Below, piece by piece: positions 63,610 through 64,000 of a stretch of 64,000 nt of DNA (positions within the stretch are counted from its first letter, which is position 1; every line of letters begins with the position of its first letter). The notes beneath the pieces are model-generated. The model saw only the letters and a list, made by a program, of their open reading frames with translations. It was not told where the DNA came from and ran no database searches. The translations under genes and the position numbers were made by a program. The DNA comes from Mustelus asterias (lineage: Eukaryota), in contig NC_135803.1 in the NCBI RefSeq assembly GCF_964213995.1, forward strand, positions 116,808,001-116,872,000, in the 5' to 3' direction.

Positions 63610-63815
63610 TCAATAATGTGATGCTTTGCACTGCATGGTGTCAGCAAGGTTTGTATAATCAAAACAATAGCTACTGATTGCTAACCTCAAGCAGGCATCT
63701 GAGTGGCCACCTGTCAGAGTGGACTGGGATTTAGATTTAATAATCTTCATGTGTGAGAAAGTTGACTCACAAAGGTAGGTGGTTCTGACAAATGATGTCA
63801 AGTACATTCAGTTAA
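63610..63815 (-). mobile_element. hAT transposase C-terminal (dimerisation domain) relic
   Basis: TTYLCESTFSHMKIIKSKSQSTLTGGHSDACLRLA matches the hAT/GTF2IRD2-like TYLCExxFSxMxxxKSK pattern. Confidence 0.8.
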
Positions 63816-63871
63816 TTTACATTGCTGAGACGTCTCTTTAAAAAAAAAGCTGAATTTAACAGCCAGGCTTT

Positions 63872-64000
63872 CATTGAATCCCTACAATGCAGAAGGAGGC
63901 CATTTGGCCCATTGGGTGCACCAACCACAATCCCACCCAGGCCCTATTCCCGTAATCCCACATATTTCCCCTGCTTATCCCCCTGACACTAGAGTCAATT
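63872..64000 (-). mobile_element. HE1 SINE 3' end, running off the window
   Basis: GAATCCCTACAATGCAGAAGGAGGCCATTTGGCCC tail. Confidence 0.8.

Noticed and set aside
59190-64000. Start of a neighbouring gene such as TMF1 (adjacent to UBA3 in human, as recalled)
   Set aside because: No CpG island or recognisable exon; the region is 3' UTR followed by repeats.
1-64000. Prokaryotic systems such as CRISPR arrays, retrons or operons
   Set aside because: The DNA is vertebrate with spliceosomal introns; all RT sequences are non-LTR retrotransposon type and no repeat-spacer array is present.

Overview
This is eukaryotic, intron-rich, AT-rich genomic DNA, almost certainly from a cartilaginous fish (shark), judged by many HE1-type tRNA-derived SINEs and their CR1/HER1-type partner LINEs. 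It holds two divergently transcribed genes. ARL6IP5 (PRAF3/JWA) is on the minus strand: exon 1 at 11958-11783, exon 2 at 1070-853, and the last exon lies left of the window. UBA3, the catalytic subunit of the NEDD8-activating enzyme E1, is complete on the plus strand: 18 exons, 24759-59189, 1389 nt, 462 aa, with intron 6 a minor-spliceosome (U12) GT-AG intron. Most remaining sequence is transposon-derived: CR1 LINEs, Tx1/L1-clade 3' ends, a Rex1/Babar LINE, L2 relics, several SINE families, hAT elements and Penelope-like relics. I found no convincing novel protein-coding system. The most unusual structures are: an internally deleted CR1 element joining its 5' end to its RT half inside a target-site duplication (TSD); a Tx1-derived dimer and compound-tail family, one copy in the ARL6IP5 promoter; a 2.4 kb strand-biased G/purine tract between the two promoters with a possible Helitron-like 3' end; small templated insertions; and an inverted pair of related LINEs bracketing UBA3 exons 4-17. 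Family names and comparisons to human genes come from recalled knowledge, not database searches.
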